DNA from: Acidobacteriota bacterium
Lineage (GTDB): Bacteria; Acidobacteriota; Vicinamibacteria; Marinacidobacterales; Marinacidobacteraceae
Reading direction: 5' to 3'
Length of the DNA stretch: 64,000 nt
NCBI GenBank assembly: GCA_009840635.1
Contig: VXNL01000074.1
Coordinates: forward strand, 28,156-92,155
Below, in pieces: positions 1 through 9,570 of this stretch; position 1 is the first letter of the stretch, and each line of letters starts with the position of its first letter. Made by a program: the position numbers and the translations under genes. Under the pieces are notes generated by a model. The model ran no database searches. It saw only the letters and a program-made list of their open reading frames with translations, and was not told the DNA's origin.

Positions 1-555
1 GCCGCGGTCGCGCTCATCAACGACCTGCCGGCCATGCTGCTCGCCGTGTCCCGCATGATGTTCGCCTGGGCCGAGGACGGCATCTTCCCGAAGGGGGTGG
101 CCACCGTACACCGGAGCTTCCACACCCCTTGGGTGGCGATTCTGCTGAGCGGAACGATGGCGACGGTGGGGATTGTGGGAAGCCACCTCGCGGGCGACTT
201 CTTCCTCGGGATCGACATCCTGGTGACCTCGATGCTCGTCAATTTCGGGCTCATCTGCCTCTCGCTGGTGACCCTGCCCCGCCGCAATCCGGACCTCGCC
301 GCCGACGTGAAGGTCCTGGGGAGGCCCGCGCAGGTGGTGGTCGGTGGCGGGGGCGCCGCGTTGCTCGGACTGTTCCTGGTCCTGCACATCGTCAAGGACC
401 TCTCCACCGAGACCACCGCCTGGTACTTCCACTCGACCTGGGTGTGGCTGCTGGTGATGGGGATCGCTTCCCTCATCTATCTCCGTGAAATGGCGCGGCT
501 CCGTCAGCGCGGGGTGGACACCGACCGTTTGTTCAGCACGTTGCCGCCCGAGTGA
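1..555 (+). CDS. APC-family amino acid permease, C-terminal part (5' end outside window)
   Basis: Open frame from base 1; motif SRMMFAWAEDGIFPKGVATVHRSFHTPWVA is typical of APC permeases; several hydrophobic helices. Confidence 0.85.
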   Translation, partial: AAVALINDLPAMLLAVSRMMFAWAEDGIFPKGVATVHRSFHTPWVAILLSGTMATVGIVGSHLAGDFFLGIDILVTSMLVNFGLICLSLVTLPRRNPDLAADVKVLGRPAQVVVGGGGAALLGLFLVLHIVKDLSTETTAWYFHSTWVWLLVMGIASLIYLREMARLRQRGVDTDRLFSTLPPE

Positions 556-1964
556 GCGGGGTAGAACGGACCCGGCTGGCCGCCGGGTTGGAGGTGTCCC
601 GGGTCCTGACCGGGCTCTGGCAGGTTGCCGACCAGGAGCGCGGTGGCGCCGCCCTCGAAACCGAGCGGGCGGCCCGCGCGCTCGAACCGGCGGTGGACGC
701 CGGCTTCGTCACGGTAGACGTCGCGGATCACTACGGATCCGCCGAACTGATCGCCGGCGCGCTTCAGAAACGCCGCCCCGAGGTCCGGGTGCTGACCAAA
801 TGGGTTCCGGAACCCGGTGTTTCGTCCCGCAGGGACGTGGAAGCCGCGATACGGCGGTCACTGGACCGGATCGGGACCGATCGGCTCGCGGCGCTCCAGT
901 TCCACGCCTGGAGCTACCCCGATCCTGGCTGGCTGGACTGCCTGTTCCACCTGATGGAGTTCCAGGCCGAGGGGCGGATCGGCCACCTCGGGGTCACCAA
1001 CTTCGACGCGGTCCATCTCGATCTCGCGCTACGGAGCGGGATCCCCCTCGTCTCGAACCAGGTCTGCTACTCGCTCCTCGATCGCCGTCCGGCGGGACGG
1101 ATGACCGAGGTGTGCCGCAGGCACGGGGTCGGGCTCCTCGCCTACGGGACCCTCGCGGGGGGGCTGCTGAGCGATCGCTGGCTCAGGGCCGCGGAGCCTC
1201 CGATCGACGATTCGCTCACCTGGTCGCAGATGAAGTACCGCCGCTTCATCGACCAGGCCGGCGGGTGGGACCGCTTCCAGGCGGTGCTGCGCGCCGCGCG
1301 CCGGGTCGCGGACCGCTACGGGGTGTCCATCGCCAACGTCGCCGTCCGCTACGTGCTGGAACAGCCGGCCGTGGCCGGGGTGATCGTGGGAGCCCGTCCC
1401 GGGGAACGAACCCATCTCGAGGACAACCTGCGGCTTTTCGATTTCGCGCTCGACGAGCGGTCCCGGGCGGAGCTTGCCGAGGCGCAGGCCGGTCTCGACC
1501 CGATTCCCGGCGACTGCGGCGACGAATACCGTAGGCCGCCGTACCTGACCGCATCGGGAGACCTCCACCACCACGTCACCCACTTCCCGGCGCCCTACGC
1601 GGCGCGGGAAACCGCACGAGGAGCGGAACTGGATCCGCAGGCCGGCTTCCGCGAAGCAGTTCGCACCGGGCCTGACATCCGGGTTGCCGGGGTCACTCCG
1701 ACCCACCGTGGCCGCCTCCTCGGCGGCGACGACGTCCGGGCCCAGACTCACTTCGTGGTGGACCGGATCGAAGGCGCCCTCCAGTCGCTTGACGCCGAGA
1801 TGGCGGACGCCGTTCGGGTCGAGTCGCGCACCCGCGAGAACTATTGGCCGAATGTGCTGGCCGTCCTCCGTGACCGCCTCCCGTCAACAGCGAACGTCGC
1901 TCGCGTTCCGGGGCAGCCCTCGCACCCCCACCACATCGAAATCGACGTCGAAGCGCGGACCTGA
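552..1964 (+). CDS. Aldo/keto reductase with C-terminal RidA/YjgF-like domain
   Basis: AKR motifs GLWQVA, DVADHYGSAE, LGVTNFD, SNQVCYSLLDRR, LLAYGTLAGG. The C-terminal ~110 aa (GFREAVRTG...AQTHFVVDRIEGALQSL...IEIDVEA) resembles RidA. GTG start overlaps the upstream TGA. Confidence 0.8.
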   Translation: MSGVERTRLAAGLEVSRVLTGLWQVADQERGGAALETERAARALEPAVDAGFVTVDVADHYGSAELIAGALQKRRPEVRVLTKWVPEPGVSSRRDVEAAIRRSLDRIGTDRLAALQFHAWSYPDPGWLDCLFHLMEFQAEGRIGHLGVTNFDAVHLDLALRSGIPLVSNQVCYSLLDRRPAGRMTEVCRRHGVGLLAYGTLAGGLLSDRWLRAAEPPIDDSLTWSQMKYRRFIDQAGGWDRFQAVLRAARRVADRYGVSIANVAVRYVLEQPAVAGVIVGARPGERTHLEDNLRLFDFALDERSRAELAEAQAGLDPIPGDCGDEYRRPPYLTASGDLHHHVTHFPAPYAARETARGAELDPQAGFREAVRTGPDIRVAGVTPTHRGRLLGGDDVRAQTHFVVDRIEGALQSLDAEMADAVRVESRTRENYWPNVLAVLRDRLPSTANVARVPGQPSHPHHIEIDVEART

Positions 1965-1990
1965 ACAACCCCGGCGAGCGGGATGACACC

Positions 1991-2021
1991 GCCGGCTTGG
2001 AACGCCGGTTTCAGCCGGCAC
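1991..2021. repeat. REP-like palindrome (family 2, consensus GTGCCGGCTGAAGCCGGCGTTCCARGC), between convergent genes
   Basis: GCCGGCTTGGAACGCCGGTTTCAGCCGGCAC is the reverse-complement match to copies at 4585 and 42289. Confidence 0.7.
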
Positions 2022-2092
2022 AGCCCGCCGCAGGCGGGCGGAGGCACCGCCGCGATCCACCGACCTGGGCCATGGCCTGCGCCCCGTGGCTC

Positions 2093-2533
2093 TCAGGTAC
2101 AGCAGACCCCTTCGGCCCCCTCCGCCCCCACGTCGGCCGGGTCCGTTGCAATCACCACGTTCTGCAACTGCTCCGCGTCCCCCGACTTGACGTACCACTC
2201 CCAGCGCGCCCCGTCGGGATCGGTCACCCAGGTTTCGGTCTTCTCCGCGTAGCAGCACACGGTGTCATCCACTCCGGTCGTATCGAGCCCCGATTCCCGG
2301 AGCCGCCCCTCGGCCGCCCGCACCTGCCGCGCCGCCTCCACCTCCACGCCGAGGTGGTTGATCGTCGCCCCTTCCGAGCCTTCGAAGAGGACCAGTTTGA
2401 GCGGGGGATCGGCGATGGCGAAGTTCGCGTAACCGGGTTTCACCTTCGCGGGCGCGGTCGCGAACATCCGCGAGTAGAAGTCAATCGCCCTCTCGAGGTT
2501 CGTCACATTCAGGGCAAGTTGCAGTCGGGACAC
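2093..2533 (-). CDS. arsI: ArsI/CadI-family VOC metalloenzyme (probable organoarsenical C-As lyase)
   Basis: SRLQLALNV, KVKPGYANFAIADPPLKLVL, INHLGVEV and CCYAEKTETWVTDPDGARWEWY with the vicinal Cys pair; GTG at 2533 preceded by GGAGGA. Confidence 0.85.
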   Translation of the reverse strand: MSRLQLALNVTNLERAIDFYSRMFATAPAKVKPGYANFAIADPPLKLVLFEGSEGATINHLGVEVEAARQVRAAEGRLRESGLDTTGVDDTVCCYAEKTETWVTDPDGARWEWYVKSGDAEQLQNVVIATDPADVGAEGAEGVCCT

Positions 2534-2861
2534 AGTCCGTTTCCTCCATTGTTTGGGCCGAGGGCGCACCCGTGCAGCATTCGGCAGTCAGAAAGTCCAT
2601 GAGTTGGTTCATAACGGCAAAATCGGGACGCGAACGCACCTCGCGCCCGCGCTGCTCCTGTTCCACGAGACCGGCCCGGGTCAGGCAGGCCAAGTGGTGG
2701 GCGAGCGTGGAAGCGGGCGTGCCGAGTGTCCGGATGAGCGTCCCCACCGGGAGTCCGGCGGGGCCCGTCCGCACCAGCAGCCGGTAGAGCCGGAGGCGGG
2801 TCGGGTTCCCGAGCGCGCCCAGGCTCGCTGCCGCAAGTTCCTCGGTCAACAGAGTCGCCAT
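2481..2861 (-). CDS. arsR: ArsR/SmtB-family metalloregulator (C-terminal CC type)
   Basis: ALGNPTRLRLYRLLV, wHTH STLAHHLACLTRAGLV, C-terminal FLTAECCTG; directly upstream of arsI. Confidence 0.85.
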   Translation of the reverse strand: MATLLTEELAAASLGALGNPTRLRLYRLLVRTGPAGLPVGTLIRTLGTPASTLAHHLACLTRAGLVEQEQRGREVRSRPDFAVMNQLMDFLTAECCTGAPSAQTMEETDCVPTATCPECDEPREGD

Positions 2862-2863
2862 GA

Positions 2864-2900
2864 CCAAATAACTATAGATCTAGTTATTTGGGTATGTCAA
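2864..2900 (-). promoter_or_regulatory. Sigma70-type promoter overlapped by an 11-6-11 inverted repeat (ArsR operator)
   Basis: CCAAATAACTA-tagatc-TAGTTATTTGG at 2864-2891. On the minus strand TTGACA (2900-2895) is followed after 18 nt by TATAGT, 9 nt before the arsR ATG (near-leaderless mRNA). Confidence 0.8.
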
Positions 2901-2942
2901 GTGCGCATTGATTTCGTCCAGGCCTTGACAGCACCGAAGCCG

Positions 2943-3263
2943 CTATCTCTTCGGTTCTTCGGGACGACCGTCCTCGGAGAACGCCTCCCCGTCGGGGCTC
3001 TCCCGTACCAGCAGAACTCCCTCGATTCGCGAAACACGCTGTTCCAGGCTGATCAGCCTCTCCTCGAGACGATCCATACGAGTCTCGAGACGGTCCATGC
3101 GGGCCTCGAGGCGATCCATGCGAGCGTCGAGGCGGACCTCAAGGCGATCCATGCGCGTTTCCAGGCGGTCGATCCGCTCGAAACCAAATGCGGCGATGGT
3201 GAGGTTCATCACCGCCATGAAGACCCCGAGCGACACGAACGGAATCCACTCTTTCCTCTTCAC
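2943..3263 (-). CDS. Small membrane-anchored coiled-coil protein with heptad repeats (RMDRLE[T/A])
   Basis: GGAGG SD then GTG at 3263; one hydrophobic helix followed by RIDRLET-RMDRLEV-...-RMDRLEA-RMDRLET-RMDRLEE (21-nt tandem repeats). Confidence 0.7.
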   Translation of the reverse strand: MKRKEWIPFVSLGVFMAVMNLTIAAFGFERIDRLETRMDRLEVRLDARMDRLEARMDRLETRMDRLEERLISLEQRVSRIEGVLLVRESPDGEAFSEDGRPEEPKR

Positions 3264-3407
3264 ACTGCCTCCAGCCGGTTCCCGGCCGTCGAGCCCTTCG
3301 GGGCTCATCGAGTTGTCAAGCGTCAAGGTGTTCCGCCCGCGTTGCGGACGCGTCAAGATCCTCGTGACCCAGCGCAGGGAGGATATCGCCGCCAGGTGCC
3401 GGCGGGG

Positions 3408-4505
3408 CTACACAACCGCCGGTTCCAGGAGCCGGATCGTGCCGCGGTCCGCGTCCATCTCGGCACGGTCGCCGATCGGCAGCGTGAACTGCTCGGGGAT
3501 GTGCCCGATCATGCTCCCCCGGAACGCCGGGATGCCGAGCGGGGCGATGTGGTCTTCGAGCACCTGCTCCATCGTGAGCGACCCGAAGCCCGATCCCGGA
3601 TCGCAGTCGGTACAGCGGCCGAAGATGAAACCCACGATCCGGTCGAGGACCCCCGCGAGTTTCAGGGTGGTCATCATCCGGTCCACCCGATAGACCGCCT
3701 CGTCCACGTCCTCGAGGAACAGGATGGCGCCGGTGAAATCGGGCAGGTACTCCGAACCCATGATCGCCGTGAGCACCGTCAGGTTGCCGCCAAGGAGCGG
3801 CCCGGTCGCCCGCCCGCCCGTGATGGTGCGGATCCGATGATCCCGGGGCACGATGTGGTCCCCAGGGTCCGCGACCGGGTTCTCGAGCAGGTCCGCTTCG
3901 CCTTCCATCAGGGTGCGGCGGAAGTGTTCGGTCGAGAAGCGGTTCCCCGGGCCGGGACCGTGCATCACGATCAGCCCCGTCTTCGCGTGGACGCCGGTGA
4001 GGAGCGCGGTGGCGTCGCTGTAGCCGAGCAGGACCTTGGGATTCGCCCGGATCACGCCGTAGTCGAGGTGCGGCAGGACGCGCGCCGACCCCCAGCCGCC
4101 CCGGGCGAAGATGCCCTTCACCTCGGGATCGGCGAAGAACTCCATGATGTCCGCCGCCCGCTCGGCGTCGGTTCCGGCGAAGTAGCCGCGCCGCCGGTAG
4201 TAGTTGGATCCGAGCCGCGGTTCGAGCCCGACCGCCCGGAACGCGTCCGCGAAGATCTCGGTCGGGTCGGTCTCGAAGGCAGCGGTGGCGGGGCTTGCCA
4301 AGCCGAAGACGTCGCCGGGCTGGATGCGTGGCGGCCGGATCAGGGCCGGCTGCGCTGAGTGAGCCTTCGCAGCCGTCAGGAACGGGATCGTGGCCGCACT
4401 CCCCAGCAGCGAGAGAGCCGCCCGGCGAGGGATTGGATGTCCCAGTGTCTCGGGTGCAGAGCTCCGTCTCGTTGAGCTTGCGGTTGGACGGGTCCCCTCA
4501 CTCAT
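3408..4505 (-). CDS. LD-carboxypeptidase (peptidase S66, LdcA-like) with probable Tat signal
   Basis: ARGGWGS, LLGYSDATAL, GGNLTVL, LFLEDVDE, IGH; N-terminal PRRAALSLLG...AKA resembles a Tat signal. Start uncertain. Confidence 0.88.
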   Translation of the reverse strand: MSEGTRPTASSTRRSSAPETLGHPIPRRAALSLLGSAATIPFLTAAKAHSAQPALIRPPRIQPGDVFGLASPATAAFETDPTEIFADAFRAVGLEPRLGSNYYRRRGYFAGTDAERAADIMEFFADPEVKGIFARGGWGSARVLPHLDYGVIRANPKVLLGYSDATALLTGVHAKTGLIVMHGPGPGNRFSTEHFRRTLMEGEADLLENPVADPGDHIVPRDHRIRTITGGRATGPLLGGNLTVLTAIMGSEYLPDFTGAILFLEDVDEAVYRVDRMMTTLKLAGVLDRIVGFIFGRCTDCDPGSGFGSLTMEQVLEDHIAPLGIPAFRGSMIGHIPEQFTLPIGDRAEMDADRGTIRLLEPAVV

Positions 4506-4562
4506 TCCGCCTTTCCTCCCTGCATGGCGCGGCGCCGTCGCGCGGGTTTCGCGCTCCCGCGC

Positions 4563-4694
4563 GGCCCCACCGGGAGAACTGGCCGCCGGCTGAAGCCGGC
4601 GTTCCAGGCCGTCCTCGTCGCAAGGCCGAACGGCGAGGCGCAACACGGTCGCCCCGCTGGGCGGGGCGATGCCGGTCTGGAGACCGGCGGTCCC
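4563..4694. repeat. Cluster of palindromic repeats: family-1 sub-module (4563-4583) plus two REP-like family-2 copies (4585-4609, 4671-4694)
   Basis: GGCCCCACCGGGAGAACTGGCC, GCCGGCTGAAGCCGGCGTTCCAGGC and GCCGGTCTGGAGACCGGCGGTCCC in the intergenic region. Confidence 0.65.
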
Positions 4695-4718
4695 TTCCCT
4701 CTCCGCCACCGGTCCCGA

Positions 4719-7700
4719 TCAGTTCTCCTCCGAGGCGACGAGCACCGCCGGGACGCCCAGGCTCGCCACCCGCTCGTTGAACGGCGTCAGGTGCTCCGAC
4801 ATGGCGGCCTCGAGATCCGCGTGGATCGCGTCGAGCCCCGGCTTCAGGTCGTCGAAGCGCTCGTAGGCACCCGCGGTCGGTTCGTAGTCCCCCTGCACGA
4901 TGTAGCCGTAGAGCGTCACCAACTGGTTGTCGATCTGCGGCGGGAAGTTGATCGGGTCCTGCGACGACTTGCTATTCGTCTGCGTGATCGTCTCCTCGAT
5001 CTCGGTCAGACGATCCGTGAGCGCCTTGCTGAGTGTCCCGAGCTCCTCGTCGGCCTTTCCGGCCTTCCGGAGTCGCCCGACGATGTCGTCCGCCTGGGTC
5101 TTGACGTCACGGAGCTGGTTGAGCGCATCGAAGAGCTTCGTGATCTCACCGGCGACGGTCTCGCCCAGGTCGCGCTGTTCCGCGAGCTCCTCGGCGGTGG
5201 AGGACAGATTCGGATTCAGCGCCACCTCAAGCGGCTGGGTGTGGGTCTCCTCGCCGACCGTCAGGCGGACCTCGTAGGTCCCGGGGAGCACCGAGAGTCC
5301 GGGCGTGCCGCCCCAGTGGACCACCCCCGCGGGGCGCTGGATGCCCTCGCTGCGCAGGTTCCAGCGGAACGCATTGAGCCCCGCCGCGGCCGGGAGACGG
5401 GCGCCCGGGCCGCCCCCAAAGAAGATCGCAAACGGCGAGACCGGTCCGCTCGGCGCCGCCGCTCCGGGCTGCCCGGTGACCTTCCGCACCGAGTTCCCTT
5501 CGGAGTCCAGGATCTCGAGGGTGATGGCGGACTCGGGTTGCTCCTTGAGGTGATAGCGGATCTCGGCCGCACCCCCGAAGCCGCCCCGGTAGGCGGTCCG
5601 GGGGACGTAGAGGACGGAATCCGCCGCCATCGTCTCGTCGGTGATCTGCTGCAGCGGGCTCAGGTCGTCGAGCACCCAGAAGGACCGGCCTTGGGTCGCG
5701 ATCACCAGGTCCTTCCGGTGCACCTGCATATCCGTGATCGGGCTCACCGGGAGGTTGTTCTGGAAGCGCTGCCAGTGGGCGCCGTCGTCGAACGAGACGT
5801 AGAGCCCGAACTCGGTCCCCGCGTAGAGCAGTCCCTTGCGGTCGTGGTCCTCCCGGATCGCGCGGGTGAAGTGCGTCGGCGGGATGCCGTTCGTTCCGTC
5901 GGTCAGCAGGTCCCAGCTCTCCCCGGAGTTGTTGGTCCGGAAGATGTACGGCCGGAAGTCGTTCTCCCGGTAGCGGTACACCGCGATGAACACCCGGGCG
6001 GGGTCGTGGGAGGACATCTCGATGACGTTGACGGTGCCCCCCTCCGGCATGTCCTCGGGGGTGATCTCGGTCCACGTATCGCCACGGTCGCGGGAGATGT
6101 GGACGCGGCCGTCGTCGCTGCCCGCCCACAGCTCCGCCGGCGTGTGGGGTGACTCCTCGAACGAGAAGAGGGTGTTGTAGACCTCGACGCCGGTGCTGTC
6201 GCGGGTGATCGGTCCCCCGGCGTAGTCCTGATGCTCGGGGTTGTTGGTCGTCAGGTCGGGGCTGATCACCTGCCAGCTCTGTCCCTGGTCCCGGGACATG
6301 TGGACCACCTGCGAGGCGTGGTAGAGGATGTCCGGGTCATGGGGCGACAGCCGGATCGGCGCGTTCCACTGGAACCGGTAGTTGAGGTCCCGCGCGGCCT
6401 GTCCGAGCTGGAGCTGCGGGTAGTGGAGGATCTGCCGGAACTCGCCGGTCTTCCGGTTCACGCGCGTAATGGAGCCGCCGTAGCAGCCCGCGTAGATGAT
6501 GTCCGGGTCGCGCGGGTCCACCGCGATGTGGCCGCTCTCGCAGCCGCCGACCTGGTACCAGTCCGGCACGACGCTGAATCCGCCGCGGGACGGCACGGAG
6601 ATGGTGCTGTTGTCCTGCTGCGAACCGTAGATCCGGTAGGGCCACTGGTCGTCCACGTAGACCCGGTACATCTCGGAGGTTTCCTGACCCATCTGGTCGG
6701 TCCAGCTTTTCCCGCCGTCGAACGAGACGTTGGCGCCGCCGTCGTTGGCGTTGATCATGTTCAGCGGGTTGTCCGGGTTGATCCAGAGGTCGTGGTTGTC
6801 GCCGTGCGGCACCCGGATACGCTCGGGGAACGTCCGTCCCCCGTCAATGGACTTGTGGAAGGCCACGTTCAGCACGTAGACGGTGTTCTCGTCGTGGGTG
6901 TCGGCGTAGAGGTGGATGTAGTACCAGGGACGCTGCCGGAGGGCCGCGTCGCCATTGATCCGGGTAAACGATTCGCCGCCGTCATCCGAGCGGTACAACC
7001 CGCCGCGCTCCCCTTCGGCTTCGAGGAGGACCCAGATGCGGTCCGAGTTCGCCGCGGAAATGGCGATCGCGGTCTTCCCGATCATGCCGGTGGGAAGCCC
7101 GTTCTCGACCCGCTCCCAGGTGTCCCCGCCGTCGCGGCTGCGGAAGATCCCGCCGTCCTCGCTGCCCGAGATCATGGTCCACGGCTTCCGCTCGGCGCGC
7201 CACGCTCCCGCGTAGAGGATGCGCGGGTTGTTGGGATCCATCTGGATCTCCACGAAGCCGGTGCGGTCGGAGATGTGGAGCACCTGCTCCCAGGTCTGGC
7301 CGCCGTCCTTCGTGCGGTAGATGCCGCGCTCGTCGTTGGGGCCGAAGATGTACCCGAGCGCCGCCGCGTACACGAGGTCGGAATCCTCCGGGTGAATCGC
7401 GAGGGCGCCGATCTGGCCGGCATGCCGGAGTCCCACGTGCTCCCAGGTCTTGCCCGCGTCGTCGGAGCGGTACATGCCGTCCCCAACGGAGATGTTTCCC
7501 CGGGTGGAGGCGGAGCCGGTGCCCACATAGATGACGTTGGTGTCGGAGGGGGCCACCCGGACGGAGCCCACCGAGCCCACGCCGAAGAAGCCGTCGGTCA
7601 CGTTCTTCCAGCTGATCCCGGCGTCGATCGTCTTGAAGACACCCCCCCCGGTGCCGCCGAAGTAGTAGGTCAGCGGATCGCCCGGAACTCCCGTTGCCGC

Positions 7701-7901
7701 GGTGGAGCGCCCCCCACGGGTGAAACCGACGGAGCGGAACCGCATGTCCTCGTAGTACTCCGGCGGCACCGTGACGTTCGCTTCATCGAAGTGCTCGTCG
7801 TAGTCGCGATGGCTCCCCTGCCCCAACGCGAGCGGTGCGGCGAGCAGGACGGCCATGGCAAGCGCCGCCGGAATGCGAAGAAATCGTCCAATATGCATCA
7901 A
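4719..7901 (-). CDS. Secreted BNR/Asp-box (VPS10/sortilin-like) beta-propeller glycosyl hydrolase-like protein
   Basis: Signal peptide; many S/T-x-D-G-G-x-T/S-W Asp-box repeats; N-terminal FRSVGFTRGGRSTA; 1060 aa. Confidence 0.8.
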   Translation of the reverse strand: MMHIGRFLRIPAALAMAVLLAAPLALGQGSHRDYDEHFDEANVTVPPEYYEDMRFRSVGFTRGGRSTAATGVPGDPLTYYFGGTGGGVFKTIDAGISWKNVTDGFFGVGSVGSVRVAPSDTNVIYVGTGSASTRGNISVGDGMYRSDDAGKTWEHVGLRHAGQIGALAIHPEDSDLVYAAALGYIFGPNDERGIYRTKDGGQTWEQVLHISDRTGFVEIQMDPNNPRILYAGAWRAERKPWTMISGSEDGGIFRSRDGGDTWERVENGLPTGMIGKTAIAISAANSDRIWVLLEAEGERGGLYRSDDGGESFTRINGDAALRQRPWYYIHLYADTHDENTVYVLNVAFHKSIDGGRTFPERIRVPHGDNHDLWINPDNPLNMINANDGGANVSFDGGKSWTDQMGQETSEMYRVYVDDQWPYRIYGSQQDNSTISVPSRGGFSVVPDWYQVGGCESGHIAVDPRDPDIIYAGCYGGSITRVNRKTGEFRQILHYPQLQLGQAARDLNYRFQWNAPIRLSPHDPDILYHASQVVHMSRDQGQSWQVISPDLTTNNPEHQDYAGGPITRDSTGVEVYNTLFSFEESPHTPAELWAGSDDGRVHISRDRGDTWTEITPEDMPEGGTVNVIEMSSHDPARVFIAVYRYRENDFRPYIFRTNNSGESWDLLTDGTNGIPPTHFTRAIREDHDRKGLLYAGTEFGLYVSFDDGAHWQRFQNNLPVSPITDMQVHRKDLVIATQGRSFWVLDDLSPLQQITDETMAADSVLYVPRTAYRGGFGGAAEIRYHLKEQPESAITLEILDSEGNSVRKVTGQPGAAAPSGPVSPFAIFFGGGPGARLPAAAGLNAFRWNLRSEGIQRPAGVVHWGGTPGLSVLPGTYEVRLTVGEETHTQPLEVALNPNLSSTAEELAEQRDLGETVAGEITKLFDALNQLRDVKTQADDIVGRLRKAGKADEELGTLSKALTDRLTEIEETITQTNSKSSQDPINFPPQIDNQLVTLYGYIVQGDYEPTAGAYERFDDLKPGLDAIHADLEAAMSEHLTPFNERVASLGVPAVLVASEEN

Positions 7902-7962
7902 CAGGTCCCTCCGGGAACGAGCCGGTCAGTGTACCGGGGCGGGCGAGACGCGGGGTTTCGAA

Positions 7963-8910
7963 TTAGTCATCCGGTCTCTCACGAAACGCGACGACCTCGT
8001 CGAGACTCGAAGCCCCGAGCGCCGCCATGACCAGGCGATCCACCCCCAGGGCCACCCCCGAGCAGCGCGGGATACCCGGATCCTCGAGGGCCGCCAGGAA
8101 CCGCCCGTCGGGGTGGGCGGCCGGTTTGCCGGCCCGCTCGCGCGCCCGATTCTCGGCCGCGAAACGCCGGCGATGCTCGGCCGGGTCCTGGAGTTCGTCG
8201 TAGCCGTTCGCGAGTTCAAGTCCGGCCCAGAAGACCTCGAAACGCTCCGCTGTCCGGGGATCGTCGTCGCTCAGCCGGGCGAGCGCCGCCAAGGGGGCCG
8301 GAAACCGGGTCACGATCGTGGGGACCCGAGCCCCGAGACCGGGTTCGACGAGCCGTGAGAACAGGTAGTCGAGGGCCGCGGCCCGGTCGTCGGGACGACC
8401 CGGGTGGCCGTGCGCCTCGGCCAGCGTCTGAAGGCGTTCCTCCGCTGCCGACAACGGGTCCACCCCGACCGCGGCAAGAAAGAGCTCCCGGTAGGTGCGC
8501 CGCTCCGCGGGGCGCGTGCCGAGGAGATCTCCGAGCAGCAGGTCCATTTCCGTCAGCAATCCCTCGAGCGGACCCAGCCGGTACCACTCGGCGATGGTGA
8601 ACTCGACCGCGTGTTGCCGTCCGGACTCTCCCGCGCGAAACGCCTTGACGATCTGGAAGATGGGACCGCTTCTCGCCGCCAGCAGGCGCTTCATGGCGAA
8701 CTCCGGCGAGGTGTGCAGGAAGCCCCCGGCCGCGGACACCGACTCCAGATGGCGATCGGGCGTGGCGTGGGGTCCGAGGATCGGGGTCTCGACCTCCAGG
8801 TAGCCCCGGCCGGTGAGAAAGGCCCGCAACCGGGCGACGAGCCGGGAGCGCTCCCGCAGGTTCCCGAGGGGCGCCGCGGGGCCCCACTCGGGACTGCCCG
8901 TGCCGGTCAG
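7963..8910 (-). CDS. epmA: EF-P lysine aminoacylase EpmA (PoxA/GenX); probable CTG start
   Basis: [65 protein letters not shown]; directly downstream of efp. Confidence 0.9.
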   Translation of the reverse strand: MTGTGSPEWGPAAPLGNLRERSRLVARLRAFLTGRGYLEVETPILGPHATPDRHLESVSAAGGFLHTSPEFAMKRLLAARSGPIFQIVKAFRAGESGRQHAVEFTIAEWYRLGPLEGLLTEMDLLLGDLLGTRPAERRTYRELFLAAVGVDPLSAAEERLQTLAEAHGHPGRPDDRAAALDYLFSRLVEPGLGARVPTIVTRFPAPLAALARLSDDDPRTAERFEVFWAGLELANGYDELQDPAEHRRRFAAENRARERAGKPAAHPDGRFLAALEDPGIPRCSGVALGVDRLVMAALGASSLDEVVAFRERPDD

Positions 8911-9479
8911 TTCTTTACCCGGGAAACGTACTCGCCGGTGCGCGTATCCAGGCGGAGCGTCTCGTCCACCTCGATGAACAGCGGAACCCGCACGACCGCT
9001 CCGGTTTCGAGGGTCGCGTTCTTGGACCCCCCGGTCGCCGTGTCGCCACGGATTCCGGGTTCGGTCTCCACCACCTTCAGGTCCACGAAGTGCGGCGGGT
9101 GAATGAGCAGGATGGCGTCGTTGTAGAGCGTGACGCCGCAGGTCATCCCCTGGAGCAGCCACTTCTCGTGGCCGCCGAGCGCGGCTTTTGCCGCCGAGTA
9201 CTGCTCGTAGGTGTTGGGATCCATGAAGTGCCAGTCGCCGCCGTCGCTGTAGAGGAACTCCATGTCGGTGTCGATCACGTCGGCGGCTTCCACCTTCTCG
9301 CCCGACTTGAACGTCTTGTCGAGGACCCGGCCGGTCTTGAGGTTCCGGTAGCGGATCCGGGTGAACGCCTGTCCCTTTCCGGGCTTCACGAACTCGCAGT
9401 CCAGGAGGACGCACGGATCGGAATCGAGCAGGACCTTGAGCCCGCTGCGGAACTCGTTTGTCGCGTAGGTGTTGGCCAA
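8907..9479 (-). CDS. efp: Elongation factor P (Lys34 type)
   Basis: [39 protein letters not shown]; TTG start with GGGAG SD. Confidence 0.97.
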   Translation of the reverse strand: MANTYATNEFRSGLKVLLDSDPCVLLDCEFVKPGKGQAFTRIRYRNLKTGRVLDKTFKSGEKVEAADVIDTDMEFLYSDGGDWHFMDPNTYEQYSAAKAALGGHEKWLLQGMTCGVTLYNDAILLIHPPHFVDLKVVETEPGIRGDTATGGSKNATLETGAVVRVPLFIEVDETLRLDTRTGEYVSRVKN

Positions 9480-9570
9480 GGAATCGCTCCCTTCAGGGGT
9501 TGGGTGGCCGGAATCGTACCAATGGGGGCGCGACGCGGGGCCGGCAGCGCCGGGCCGGAGCGGACGCGGC

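Noticed and set aside
7963-9414. 483-aa EpmA or an efp-epmA fusion
   Set aside because: The extension runs out of frame through efp; EpmA similarity starts only at the efp stop.
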